64,000 bases of DNA from Octopus vulgaris (lineage: Eukaryota). The stretch is from NCBI GenBank assembly GCA_951406725.2, contig OX597824.1:69316001-69380000 (forward strand), in the 5' to 3' direction. The notes beneath the pieces were generated by a model. That model did not search any database. It was given only the letters and a program-made list of their open reading frames with translations, and was not told the origin of the DNA. Below are positions 26,930-42,949 of the stretch, piece by piece. Both the position numbers and the translations under genes were made by a program. Position 1 is the stretch's first letter; every line of letters starts with the position of its first letter.

Positions 26930-27360
26930 CTTCAGTGAAGGTATAGTATTGTAAGGATAACGATTAGTCTACCATTCGACATGCTTCAAGCGTAGTAGTC
27001 AATGTTTTTTTTATATCTGGCGTGTTCGCAGACCACAAGACTGGTATTATCATAATGATCGTCTGGCAAATATTCTTGAATTACGTGGCTTGTTGAAACA
27101 TGTAAAAGATTTCCAGAGTGTCACAAATGTCTCCAGCACTTCAAGTTATTCAGCAGCATCAAATTTAAGACCCTTTGCAAAATGGTGGGTGCCACCTGAA
27201 CCTTCGATAATTACCATGACTAAAAACATCCCAGCTGATAGTAACCTAGTGTGCACCAATCTATTAACATCAGAAGAATCTGCTTACAGCCATCTCATCT
27301 GTCATTTATGCTGTTAGACAATTGGTCATGGTCGAAGTTTATCTCATCAGAGATGGGTCA
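26930..27360 (-). mobile_element. Old Tc1/mariner (maT-like) transposase relic
   Basis: Broken minus-strand frames: SDEINFD..RWL..DSSDV..MFLVMVIIEG..HHFAKGLKFDAAE*LEVLETFV. Confidence 0.6.
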
Positions 27361-27420
27361 CTATCATTCATATCTATTCTATATCTATATTAATTAATTT
27401 ATATTTCTATCTATCTATCA

Positions 27421-27583
<163 letters not shown>

Positions 27584-27634
27584 GTATGTGTGTATATATA
27601 TATATGTATATATATATGTATATGTATATATATT

Positions 27635-27676
<42 letters not shown>

Positions 27677-27702
27677 CACATATACACACACACATATATA
27701 TT

Positions 27703-27751
<49 letters not shown>

Positions 27752-27771
27752 ATATTTGCATATATATATAT

Positions 27772-27980
27772 AGTTAATCCAAACAAGAAAGCACAAAAAA
27801 ACACAACAACGCGAAGACGTGGAACAAATATAGTATTATTTAACGCTCAGGAAAGAAGGAAAGAAGGAGGATTTAACGTTTCGAGTGGAGCTCTTCGTCG
27901 GAAACTTAGGAGAAGGAAAGATCCAGAGAAGGGAAGACAGAGGAAAAAAGTCGCCAACGGTACACACGCGATCACATTAC
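27772..27980 (-). mobile_element. pLTR-like short element with a minimal hammerhead (27872-27904)
   Basis: Minus strand TTT-CCGACGA-A-GAG-CTCCA-CTC-GAAAC-GTT-AAA followed by a TCCTGAGCGTT..AATAC tail related to the 18158/53218 family; (TA)n on both sides. Confidence 0.65.
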
Positions 27981-28041
27981 ATATATATGTGTATATATAT
28001 ACATATATATATATACATATATATATACATATATATATACA

Positions 28042-28119
<78 letters not shown>

Positions 28120-28460
28120 TGGACTGGTAAATGCTATTATCTTTTAATAAGAATATTCCTTCATTCTTCGGTGATGGAACTGGTAACTACTATCATTTTT
28201 TGATAAGGTTGTTCATTAATTCTTCCTCTCTGAAAATAGTATACTTGATTTATACGAAAATATTTGCACCATATTCACTGCAATTCTAGAAACAGCTGTA
28301 GGAGACTTTATGCATTATTTCTTAATACTTAATTTACTCTATCTTGTCTGAAATTATGTTTAAATTATAAATTACATACTTGAAAGTGATTCCACATATA
28401 CATATACACTCACACACACATATTTATATATGTATACACACACACACACACATATATATA

Positions 28461-28500
<40 letters not shown>

Positions 28501-28865
28501 TACATACACACACATATACACGTACATGCATGCATACATACATACAAATGCATATGAGAGAGTGTACATGATAATAACCTATTTAGTTGTTTGCGCGATG
28601 ATACTAAACTGTTTCAATACGTTTCAAAGAGTTTCCAGTGTAGGATAGAATATTCCACACTGTAGAATTCAATTAATACGTAACAATGTGAGAGAATATT
28701 TCAAGTAACGACGCACGTCTGTAACACCGAGTTAAATCTCTAAATTTAAAGAAAAATCACTCAAAAAATATATGCTCCTAACTCCTAATTTACTGTACTG
28801 GATGAGATCGTTGCGAAACACCCATATACATACACACAACACGCACGCAGACACGCACACACGCA

Positions 28866-28905
<40 letters not shown>

Positions 28906-28906
28906 G

Positions 28907-28979
<73 letters not shown>

Positions 28980-29099
28980 CAGGGTGATTCAAATGTCACC
29001 GTACATACGAACAATTTTTTTCATAAGAAACATTTTTTTATTTAACTGTTTCCTATAAAAATATGAATTATTCCTATGTATGGTGACTTCTGAATCACC

Positions 29100-29102
<3 letters not shown>
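28980..29102. mobile_element. Tc1/mariner-type MITE (123 bp)
   Basis: TIRs CAGGGTGATTCAAATGTCACCGTACATA / CAGGGTGATTCAGAAGTCACCATACATA with TA on both sides. Confidence 0.88.
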
Positions 29103-29165
<63 letters not shown>

Positions 29166-29590
29166 CAAAATGGGACAAGAACGCAAAACATCCGGACAGT
29201 TAGGTGATACAAATATGGAACAACAAAACATCCAGATAGACGATAGAAGAAAATATGGACGGGTCATTCGAAGTTTTCTTTCCTCAGTCAAGTACCAGAT
29301 TATCTTCGCAATGAGCGATATTCGTGAGAAAGTGGCCGTGAGCAATTTCTAAATGAATGCACAAAATGCAAGAGTCTTCCGGTAATAACGAGCGATAAAC
29401 GGATATATGGCCAGGAAGAAAGGTAAGGTAATTTTACATTCTCGAATCATACCGACTCAGAAGGGTTGGTTTCTCGGTTTCGATGGAGTTTATAGTATGC
29501 ATACACATATATATTTATATATATAAACATATATATACATATATATATACATATACACACACACATATATATATATATATACACACACAA

Positions 29591-29623
<33 letters not shown>

Positions 29624-30424
29624 TATATATATATATATATATATCGGAGACCTCCTTCGGTCACGACATACATACTCAATTTTGGGTGCTGAGCGGACTG
29701 GAGCAACGTGAAATGGAGTTTTGCTCAAGAACACAATGTGTCACGCGGTCCAGGAACCAAAGCCAGAACTTTACAATCCTGAGTCCACCACCCTTAACCA
29801 CTAAGCCACGTGTCTCCATTATGGCCAGGAAGAGAGCTAGTCAAGTTGAACTGTGAGTCTGTTTTAGATATGAATAAGTTGATTCTTCCCCAAGGTTTCA
29901 AATAGCTCCATAGACCTCAACAAATTTCGAAAGAGTTGATTATAGGGTTACGTATATAAAGTCTTTGCACATATTTGTGAAGTACAACATATCCCGAGGA
30001 ATATAAGACTTGGGTGAAATATTTATCGAGGTGAAAACACAAATACAAGCCCTGATCAGTTACTTTTAGAGCAACGAATATATTTGTCAGTATATATGCA
30101 CACACACACATACACACACATATACACATACATACACACACATATATATAGATGTGTGTACATACATAGATAATTCTGTTTTTTTTTTGGAACGGTTGAT
30201 CTTGAAATAAATAAAGCTATAAATAATAACATGGAAATATATAACGCCGAAAAACGTTTTGCCTAGAACGAGTGGAAGGCATCACGTGGGACATGAACTG
30301 CCTCAGTCCAAAGGGTTCTTCAACCCAATATTTACACGCTGTTATTTATTTATCTGTTTCAAGATGTACCGTATATACATACATACATACTTACACACAC
30401 ACACACACTCATATATATACATAC

Positions 30425-30746
<322 letters not shown>

Positions 30747-31254
30747 TCGTCATATATATGTACGTATGTATGTGTGTATGTATGCATACACGTATGTATG
30801 TATGTATGTATGTATGTATGTATGTATGTATGTATGTATGTATGTATGTATGTATGTATATATACATATACATATATATATATATATATATATATGTATA
30901 CATATTCATATACATGTATATATGTACATCTATATATAAATTTGATGTGTTTTTATAATCTTTTTTCAAGAGAAGTTTCATATATTGGTCAACAATGAAC
31001 GGCAGTAGTGAATATAATTAAGATTAAAATTGTAATTAAGAAAAAGTTAGTCGACATGGAGGACTAGAAGTCATCAAAACATTGGGAAAGAGTTGATGAT
31101 GATGTTTTGCGCTGGTTATCAAAATGCCAATATGATGACTGCTGATCAATACTCTGTGAACTTCTCTTAAGACGCACATGTCACATCTTTATAAAAAGCG
31201 ACATCATGAAGACCAAACTGCATTGATCTTAGGTCATGAAGGCCAAACTGTATT

Positions 31255-31575
31255 GATCCTGGGTGTGTCTCTAGTGAGGTTGATGTCATGCTGACGCACG
31301 CCATTTAGCAGGGTCTTACACTTAATTCAGGTGATTATGCAAATCTACCAGAGATTAAGGTCAAATCCTTTCTGGAGAGGCTTGTTACTGGGAGAACATG
31401 TGTGGCAGAAGGATTTTGCTCCTTGCCATACATTCAGATAAATACACTAACCGCGCTGCCTGCGACACCAAAGCCGATTTGGTGTCCAAGATCAAGGAAG
31501 TGTTCGAAAACTTTCCCAATGTCGCAGTGAAGAACGTATGCGCCATATTCCGGAGCGTGTGTTAGGAGATAATAT
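31255..31575 (+). mobile_element. Tc1/mariner (maT-like) transposase relic
   Basis: QGLTLNSGDYANL..VKSFLERLVTGR..DFAPCHT; TNRAACDTKADLVSKIKEVFENFP..VKNVCAIFRS. Confidence 0.7.
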
Positions 31576-31589
31576 TCCCCGCAGGCCTT

Positions 31590-32402
31590 CAGTACAATAC
31601 GGATACAACACTCTAATACATACATCGAGAATTTTAAAAAGTGTCCAACAAGGGTGAAGCATGAATAAGGATCATTATGCCCATCAAACTGACATGAAAT
31701 TTGAACAAGCTCGATGGTTGTGGAGAACCGATGAGTGTCCATCGATGAGGTGAGATGTTCTCTGCAAATTAGTCATAGCTATGTATAAGAAATCATCTGT
31801 AACAAATTTCGCTTCCGTAAGGTCTGTGCAAGATACCAAGATACCAAGAGATCTTACTCAACCGTTATATCGATGAAGATATAGACACAGGAGATGAGTC
31901 CTGAGTGAATCATTTTGAGCCAGCCTTCAAAAGGTAGTGTATGTAGTGGAAATACATGGAATCGCCTGCAGACAAGAAATTTAAGACTACCTTCAGCAGA
32001 AAAGGTGGTACTAACCGTTGTTTTTGGATCACAGAAGAGCCTATACTGAAACCAATGTAAGCTAGAGTGAAATGATGACCAACAAAGTGAAACCAGCAAT
32101 TTCCATCAAACGGAGAGGTCTATGTTCAAAGTAAGTGCTATTTTTGCACGGCAATGCACGCCCGCATACGGCCGCCTACAAAATTGAAACCATTGAAAAA
32201 TTGTATTTCGTGTTGCCGAAACACTCTGCATACTGTCAAGTTTTCGTCCCTTCCAACTATCACATCCCCGGACCGCTCAAACACCCTTCAGAAAAGTTGT
32301 CGATTTACTACACGAAAAAGTGCAAGAAGCGGTGCCGAAATGGTTGAGCGACCTTCCGAAAGCATTTTTCTCCGATAAAATGAGCAACCTTGTGGACTGC
32401 TG
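31590..32402 (+). mobile_element. Mariner transposase relic
   Basis: FRKVCAR..PSAEKVVLTV..; ORF 32135-32347 LFLHGNARPHTA..H SAY..PSNYH.PGPLK, resembling LHDNARPH / YSPDLAPSDYHLF. Confidence 0.8.
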
Positions 32403-32457
<55 letters not shown>

Positions 32458-32463
32458 GTGTTC

Positions 32464-32575
<112 letters not shown>

Positions 32576-32919
32576 GCTGTTGTGTCTGGGGATTGTCATT
32601 CTCTTTTGGTGCTTTATAATTTAACATACTCACCAGTAAAATTTCCACTTAATTCTTTTTTTATTTTTCTAAAATTTTCCTTGCGTCCTGCAACCTTTTC
32701 AATCCAAAAACGAAATATCAATATGTGTGTGTGTGTATGTATGTATTATGTGTATGTGTGTGTATGTGTATATGTATGTGCAGATTTGCATGTATGCATA
32801 TACACTTACACCGTACCGCAACCGCTCGGGTATGGACTCTCCGTCAAGCAGTGTGTGTTCATTCCACGTTGTTATAGTTATCTTCATTTACTTAAAATTT
32901 CTACAGCTGAACTGAAGAT

Positions 32920-33985
<1,066 letters not shown>

Positions 33986-34129
33986 GTACACACATATATA
34001 TATATATATAGATACACACACATACAATTATGCATATGCTCAAAAATATATATAATTAAATACACGCTTGCATATGTGTATTTATGTATATATTCATAAA
34101 CCTGTATGTATGTATATGCATATGTATAA

Positions 34130-34168
<39 letters not shown>

Positions 34169-34326
34169 TATATAGACATGTAGATAGATAGATATATAGA
34201 TAGATAGATAGATATGCTCAGAAATATATGTAATTATATACATGCTTGTATATGAATAGATATTGATGCATATCTATGTATAAGTATATATGTATGTATA
34301 AATATATGTCCATATTCATACATACA

Positions 34327-34415
<89 letters not shown>

Positions 34416-34424
34416 ATATATATG

Positions 34425-34472
<48 letters not shown>

Positions 34473-34809
34473 TGTGTGTGTATGTGCGTGTGTTTGCATG
34501 GTATGTAAATATGCATGTAAGCATGCATACTGCCTTATTGAAAATAAAGCTTATTTATAAATTTTAATAAAATTTGTATTTAGAACATAAAATAGAAAAA
34601 ACTAAATATTCACCCTAAAAAAATAAACCAAAATACAGTCCCCAAAAAATAGAAACCAGGAGAAAATATAAAACAGCAATGACTGCTCTACCTATTTTGG
34701 TGATGCTTTTTTCTTAATTCTTGCTTCCGTTGCATTCCTTTTCTATATACACTTACTCTCTCGCATATACGTATTGAAAATATATTTACTGAAATAGGCA
34801 CATAAATAC

Positions 34810-34905
<96 letters not shown>

Positions 34906-35135
34906 GTATGCATATTTACCAACACAAATACGCACGCACATATGTATATATATGTATATATATATACAGAGATAAATATGCATAAACCGCCATTTTTATA
35001 TGCAACAAATAAAACCAAGCATCAATTATTTTCTATTTTATTTTCATGGAAACAACAATAACAATAACAACAACAACAACAACGGCAATAATGGCAATAA
35101 TCATAATAATAATGATAATAATCATAATAATAATG

Positions 35136-35199
<64 letters not shown>

Positions 35200-35430
35200 T
35201 AGGACAAGAATCTGAACGGGGGAGGATATTATTTTTTTTATTACTTTTTACTTTACTTTTTACTTTTCTTTTTACATTGTAAATAAAATTTATTGAAAAT
35301 AACAAAAGAACACAAGAAAAAATATAAATGAAGCTAAGTAAAATAAATGAACAACCATTACAAGCAACATTTTCTTCCAATATATGTACGCTTGCAGACA
35401 TACCTGCATATACACAATATATATATATAC

Positions 35431-35493
<63 letters not shown>

Positions 35494-36024
35494 TATATCT
35501 CTATATTTATATATATATATATATATGTATAATACACACATGCATATATATATATATATATATTATAGAAGTTGTCAAATTTTTCATTATTAACTTTAAA
35601 TATTGATCTTGGATTCAATTACAGTCTTAGAACACAACACACACACACACACACACACGCACGCGCATACACACACACACACAAATAATAAAATGGTAAA
35701 TAAATAGTACCAAAAAAATAATAATAAAGCAAAACGAAGAATCTAGTTCCTTGGTGTGTAACATGTTGAATACATCGTCCCACCCCGCCCGGCCCCATCC
35801 TAGAATAAGCAATGAAAAAACAAAAAAAAAATAGAAGCATAAAAACAAGACAAAAACCACACATACTAATAAACGTACAACATTCCTATTGCGTTCATTT
35901 TCAATGACTGTTCCTTGTTTTTCAAAGAATTTCAGTTAATGTTAAATTTTATTACATTATTACTATTATTATTGTTATTGATGTTGTTATTGTTGCGATT
36001 ACTATTATTATTATTATTATTATA

Positions 36025-36068
<44 letters not shown>

Positions 36069-36092
36069 TGATATTATTATTATTATCATCAT

Positions 36093-36153
<61 letters not shown>

Positions 36154-36271
36154 GGTAGTAGTAGGTATAGTGGTGGTGGTGGTGGTGGTGATGGTAGTGG
36201 TGGTAGTGATGGTGGTGGTAGAGGTGATGGTGGTGGTAGTAGTAGCAGAAACACTAGTAGTAGCGGTGGTG

Positions 36272-36337
<66 letters not shown>

Positions 36338-36817
36338 TTTTAATTTGCAATTTTGATGTTTTTACTAGTTTATTTATTTATTTATTTATTTATTTGAGAC
36401 TATATTGCCTGAAATACAATTTCATTTCTCAAATTCCATTTTCTGCTATTCCTTTAGTTTTAACCTTCTCTGTTGGTAATACAATTTTTCACCTGACTTC
36501 CCTTTCTCCATCCCTTTATTTCTCTCTTTCTCTCGCCTTCTCTCACTTTTTATTATTTGTTCTCTAATATGTATATACATGTGTGAGTGCCTCTGTGTCT
36601 GTGTGTTTAGATATACACATACATACAATCACAGATATATAGGAAGATATTCATAATATATTCGTGGTTATACGTGCATACATACACACACGTGTATATA
36701 AATAACTCTTATATATACATATACATACATATATACACATGCATGAATATATATGCACACAAATACACATATGTATATGTATGTGTGTATGTGTGTGTGC
36801 ACATGTATGTATGTATG

Positions 36818-36894
<77 letters not shown>

Positions 36895-38269
36895 GTAATG
36901 CATGTACGTATGTATGAATATATATGTACATCTTTGTTTCATAAACGATATAAATTACTCATTTCATAGTGTAGAGTATAAGCATTTAAAATACGAAGCT
37001 GCTACTCTCTAACATGTAATGGAATTTGATATCTGTATATAACTTCCAATTGAGTAATTTCACTCGTGCATTGTTCTCTTCATACATGTCAATAACGGGC
37101 TCATATCCTGTTTTGCTGAATTGTGTCGTATTTGACCAGGATAGTTTAATAAATAAAGACTCCCTAACAAACAAGTTATCCTTCCGTAACTCTTCCCAGC
37201 TTGACAAATCAGACAGTGATATGATAATAACGAGGAGACCTTCAAGAACAATTGAATGAGAAGAAACTAAAGGACATATGGATAAAAATAGTTAGCAGAT
37301 CTCAGAATAATAGAATGTGAGAGCTTATGTACAGATAAACCACAACACAAATTAACTGTGATATATAGAACAACCAAGGAATGCATCAACAAACATTTTT
37401 AGACACTTCATTTGCGAGATAGCCATTTATAAATTAAACAGAGCGGCAGTTATATGAAAATAAGACTTAAGTGACTTAAACTACAGCCAAGTATAGCACG
37501 ACTAACGAACCAAATTACAACCTCATGATAGATAACGAACCAAATTACTACATCATGAAACAGCTTAGTAAGAAAAGCGATTATGTAACAGACGTGTAAG
37601 AATCAGTCTATTCTAGCTAATTTCATAAATTTGAATACTTATTAACCTGTATTTACCGCTTTTCAGCGTCTTTTTATATTTATGAGCAAGTTTTAAGTAT
37701 TCTGTTTTGATTCGCTTTGGTTTTATCCCGTATGGTGTCGACACGTAGATAGCAGCATGTTACTTCTACCTGCTTACTGAAACAACGGTATGTAATTCGT
37801 TGGCAACACACAACAAACTTTGACAACTTTATATACTTTCCCATCGATATAAAACGCAAAACGGGGTGACGACCTACATAAGTCAAACGTACCAAGAAGG
37901 CATTTTGTTTCTTAAGTCATGTAATTTTTAGCAGTGGATGAATAAACGGATTGATTGATAGTTTCGTACACGTCAACTACGAATCTACTTTTGATATAAG
38001 AAGTGGCAATCTGCACTTGTGAGCACCAAGCTCTGTCATTTGGCTACATGAAGTCGTCTGTGAATTTTCCATTCACTTCCCATGGAATAAAGTTGCAAGA
38101 TATTAGAGTTACACATTTAATACTAGGTAGTAAGTTTAAGAAGACTCTGGATGGCTGGACTTTTAGTGTGGTTAGAAAGGAGCCTCCAGTTCCCGTCGGG
38201 GGCCACAGAATTAAACTTTAACAAATGATTTAACAATGATGATTAAAAGTAACTTCAATCACTAAGTAT

Positions 38270-38440
38270 GATAGCCACTGCACATTCTTTATTTTCTCTC
38301 CTTGTTTCTTTCTGTGTTCCTTTCTGTAGGCTCGAAACGTAAAAGAGTTTTTCAATTCCCGAGCGATATACTAATACATTTGTTTGTTGTCTACACCACC
38401 TGTTTTCGTCTTTTGCTTTTTTTGTGAATTCTCGCTATAT
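38270..38440 (+). mobile_element. pLTR-like element of the 18158/53218 family with a 10-nt deletion in the hammerhead
   Basis: CTTTCTGTAGGCTCGAAACGTAAAAG equals the 53218 motif with a deletion between two GTAG repeats. Confidence 0.7.
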
Positions 38441-38449
38441 ACATATATA

Positions 38450-39050
38450 TATTGCTGTATTTTGGGATGGTCAGTTTGTTTGTTTTTTGCCAAATAAACA
38501 TACGCACTATTTATTCGTTCTTCACTCTATTATTACTGTTATTACTCTAATTCATGTCCATTGTCCGGAAATCTTTCTTCACACATCTGTGACCTACTCG
38601 GCAACACTTTCCGTCTTTGTGTGTTCTCTTGCTCTGCTTATTCCAGCAAGAGCACTCATAAAGACAAAAAGTGTCGCTGAAGAGGTCACAGATGTGTGAA
38701 GAAAGATTTCCGGACAAGGGACATGAATTAGAATAAGAACAGTAATAAACGAATGAAGAACGAATATATACTGCATGTGTTTATTTGGCAAAAAAGTAAA
38801 AAAAGACAGAATTACTATCCCGAAACAATATCTGTTTCAACACACGACTTCACATCTGTGTCGCTGAAGAGGTCACAGATGTGTGAAGAAAGATTTCCGG
38901 ACAAGGGACATGAATTAGAATAAGAACAGTAATAAACGAATGAAGAACGAATATATACTGCATGTGTTTATTTGGCGAAAAGGTAAAAAAAGACAGAATT
39001 ACTATCCCGAAACAATATCTGTTTCAACACACGACTTCACATCAGGAACC
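38450..39050. mobile_element. Inverted copy plus two tandem 187-bp direct copies with hammerhead-like cores
   Basis: CTGAAGA at 38677 and 38864; TCACA-GATG-TGTGA stem; GAAAGATTTC; 38450-38635 is a diverged reverse complement. Confidence 0.75.
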
Positions 39051-39070
39051 TTGCAACAAAAATTCATAAA

Positions 39071-39130
<60 letters not shown>

Positions 39131-39132
<2 letters not shown>

Positions 39133-39390
39133 AAGTAAATGGCGTTTAAAATTTACGACAGCTGTTTCGGTAGAATTTTATTTATTTAATGCAGTTATAA
39201 AATATTACATCGTAATATATAGCCCAGCTATTGTTGGCTGTGTCCATATCGATGTTTAAAATCTTAGCTGTTTAAATTTTTTTCTAGTGTTGTTGGGTTG
39301 TATATTATGATGTAGTCCTTTATGATTGCGTTAACTAAATAAAATTCTACTGGAACAGCTGTCGTAAATTTTAAATGTGTTTACTCTTAA
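39131..39390. repeat. Degenerate inverted-repeat element at (TA)n retaining the 3' half of a hammerhead
   Basis: ~100-bp arms; the left arm's minus strand reads CTAC-C-GAAAC-AGCT-GTC-GTAA. Confidence 0.6.
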
Positions 39391-40285
39391 ATTTGTGCCA
39401 CAGATATATGGTTTAAAGTGGATTTGATACTTACATATCTACGGTGTCCTATCAACATTTGACCTGTTCAATGTTGTTTATTTCACTGTGAGTTATATGT
39501 TATCGTACCTAACCCAATTCTGGCCCCTACGACTTGATGCTCCTTGCTTCTGATGAATCCATATAACAAAACTATGTGTGTGTGTCCGTTTGTGTGTGTG
39601 TGTGTGTGTGTGAAGAAACAACGGTCTCAGCAAAAATGTTCAGACTTACATCAACAACTCACCTTTTAGACAATACCTATTTCTTTATTACCCACAAGGG
39701 GCTAAACACAGAGGGGACAAACAAGGACAGACATAGGTATTAAGTCGATTACATCGACCCCAGTGCGTAACTGGTACTTAATTTATCGACCCCGAAAGGA
39801 TGAAAGGCAAAGTTGACCTCGGCGGAATTTGAACTCAGAACGTCTCGCGAGGGAAAAATACTAATGAGAGGGGTTTTTTCCTTCATTTAACAAAGAACTT
39901 CTAGGCAAGCTTCACGAAATGATTAGAAGCACACCTTGATTCGTTACAGTGTCTAAAAATCTTTGGAAAAAACCATTTCTTACAAATGAAGCAAGTTGTA
40001 TTTTGCACCGGGCCTTTGGTAAGATCATGCCATAAGGTACAGCAGAGATATGTTATGGTAGTGGAATGGTATTTAACTGCTATTTCTAAATTTCGTTATG
40101 CGGAGAATCAATTTTGCTGGACCCTAATTATAATTATTCTTATAATTATGGAATTTTTGCTTAAGGTTACCGATAATGGTTCTTTTAACATAACGAATTA
40201 CTTGGTAAAATTATTAATTATTAATTGATTAATTAATTTCACCCTTTATTATTATTGATAGATAGATAGATAGATAGATAGAAAA

Positions 40286-40448
<163 letters not shown>

Positions 40449-41432
40449 TGTATGTGTGTATGTGCAAGCGCATGGGTGGTTAGGGTGCTGGAATCACGAC
40501 GATTAGTTTGAGGCTTCGATTCCGATACCGGGCGTTGCGTTGTATTCTTGAGAAAAAAACACTTCATTTGACGTCGCTTCTGTCGACTCAGCTGTCAAAA
40601 ATTAGTAATCCTGCAATCGGCGTCCCTACGTCGTTGCGTCCCTGCGTCGCTGCATACCTATTTCTTTATTACCCACAAGGAGCTAAACACAGAGGGGACA
40701 AACAAGGACAGACATAGGTATTAAGTCGATTACATCGACCCCAGTGCGTAACTGGTACTTAATTTATCGACCCCGAAAGGATGAAAGGCAAAGTCGACCT
40801 CAGCGGAATTTGGCGACGCTGAGTCTCTGCGTCGCTGTGTACCTGCGTCCAGTCGTCCTAGTGTCCTTGCGACCGGCACCCACTCGAGAGGGAAATCTAT
40901 ATATCACATAATCTGGGTAACAGTCCTTATGAGCCTATGGCTCGGGACAGACCTTTGATCATTTGACACGTATATATAAGAGTGAAATTCGCAAGGACAT
41001 TACAGCGTCCGATAAATTATCTTTAATTATTCGATTTCGAATACTATATTGATCAACCATGGCTTTCATTCTTCCAGGGTCAATAAATGAAATCGCTTTC
41101 CCTGTAATGGGGTTGATTCTTCTCCCTCTTTCATTTTCTCTTTCTTTTCGTTCTGTCACTAGTTCTGGAATAGATTTGATGCGGTGGTACTCGAATTGAG
41201 AGAGGTAGCATTATGTCTAACAATGCTTGAGAAACTACATATGTCATGATGGTACCATTACGACCCCAATAAGAGTGAATATGTTGTCGTGTATGATGAT
41301 ATATGTGCATATAGGTGTGTGTGTGTGTGTCTTAGTGTGTGTGTCTTAGTGTGTGTGTATGTTATGTATGCATACGCATATATATATATATATATGTGTG
41401 TGTGTATATATGTACATGTAGTTATATACGTA

Positions 41433-41479
<47 letters not shown>

Positions 41480-41494
41480 ATATTATATACATAC

Positions 41495-41530
<36 letters not shown>

Positions 41531-41708
41531 ATGTACATATATATACACACACACCTACACACACGCACGCACACACATATTCGTATATTATATTTAGTGA
41601 CAGAATGTGGAGAATGCTGCGGATGTATTCATAAGTGCAAAGACAAAATCAATACATACACTAAATTTAACATTACATACATATACACACATATACATAT
41701 ACAATACA

Positions 41709-41774
<66 letters not shown>

Positions 41775-42483
41775 TATATATATGAATGTGTCTAGATATA
41801 TGTATATTCAAGTATATGCATATAATTTTATACATATATATATATATATATGAATGTATGTATGTATCTATGCAAATATCTGCGTATGCACACAAGCGAT
41901 AAATACAGAAGCTTTAATACATATGCACACATTCATGTGCAGTGAACATAACCAAACAACACAAGACAACACGGACGACCCAAACAGCCTAGTCAACCCC
42001 AAACACTCATAAATAAAAAGCATCCTCTGCACTTCCCCCCTGCTAGATTTCCTAGACTTTAAAAAAAAAAAGATAACAACAATAATTGATAAAAAAAACC
42101 TAAAAAAAAAACAATTGTAAATCATATCTACTGAAGCATATCGGGTCAGTTGAAATATTAAGTGCAAACATTGATGTACATTGTTGCATTTCCTTTCTAA
42201 GTTTTGTGTTCGGCCATTCATCTCCCTCAAGCACTTCAGACACGTCGCCGGAGTCCATCGTTGATCTACTGATCACCATCCATCAACTGAACAGTAGTAG
42301 AGTCGCGTTGGTCAAGAATATATGCAAATCAAATACATAAACAGAGAGACACACACACGCACGCACATACAAACACACACACACATACACACACACACAT
42401 ATATACACACACTCATGCACAAGCACGTACACACACATACACACACAAACAAACGCTTAGTTTCTTTCTCAGACATAAATATA

Positions 42484-42569
<86 letters not shown>

Positions 42570-42754
42570 CATACATATATGATAATTATTTGAGGGAATA
42601 TTATTCCTAACTTATTATATTTGTATATATATATACACGTAACATTGTATAATTATATATATATAGACGTAACATATGGTATAATTACATATATATATAT
42701 TGGTAACATATGGTATAATTATATATATACATACACACACACACACACACACAC

Positions 42755-42801
<47 letters not shown>

Positions 42802-42853
42802 TGTGGTAAGAATATTTTCAACGAATATAATGTATAATGCATGCATACATACA

Positions 42854-42884
<31 letters not shown>

Positions 42885-42906
42885 GTGTGTGTGTGTGTGT
42901 GTATGC

Positions 42907-42939
<33 letters not shown>

Positions 42940-42949
42940 TGTATGCATT

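Noticed and set aside
29160-29310. Minus-strand CTGAGGA-AAG-AAAA-CTT-CGAATGAC next to (TA)n as another hammerhead
   Set aside because: GAAA box and helices I/III cannot be completed; possibly a pLTR relic but not supportable from one copy.
30195-30365. Weak inverted repeat (ATCTTGAAA..AAATAT / ATATTT..TTTCAAGAT)
   Set aside because: Too diverged and AT-rich to classify.
38671-39050. Direct repeats here and at 58807-59290 as CRISPR-like arrays
   Set aside because: Whole units are duplicated with no unique spacers and no cas genes; eukaryotic context.
42100-42310. Unique-looking patch with a short minus-strand ORF (MDSGDVSEVLEGDEWP..) and a small hairpin
   Set aside because: About 52 codons with no recognisable family; hairpin too short for a miRNA precursor.
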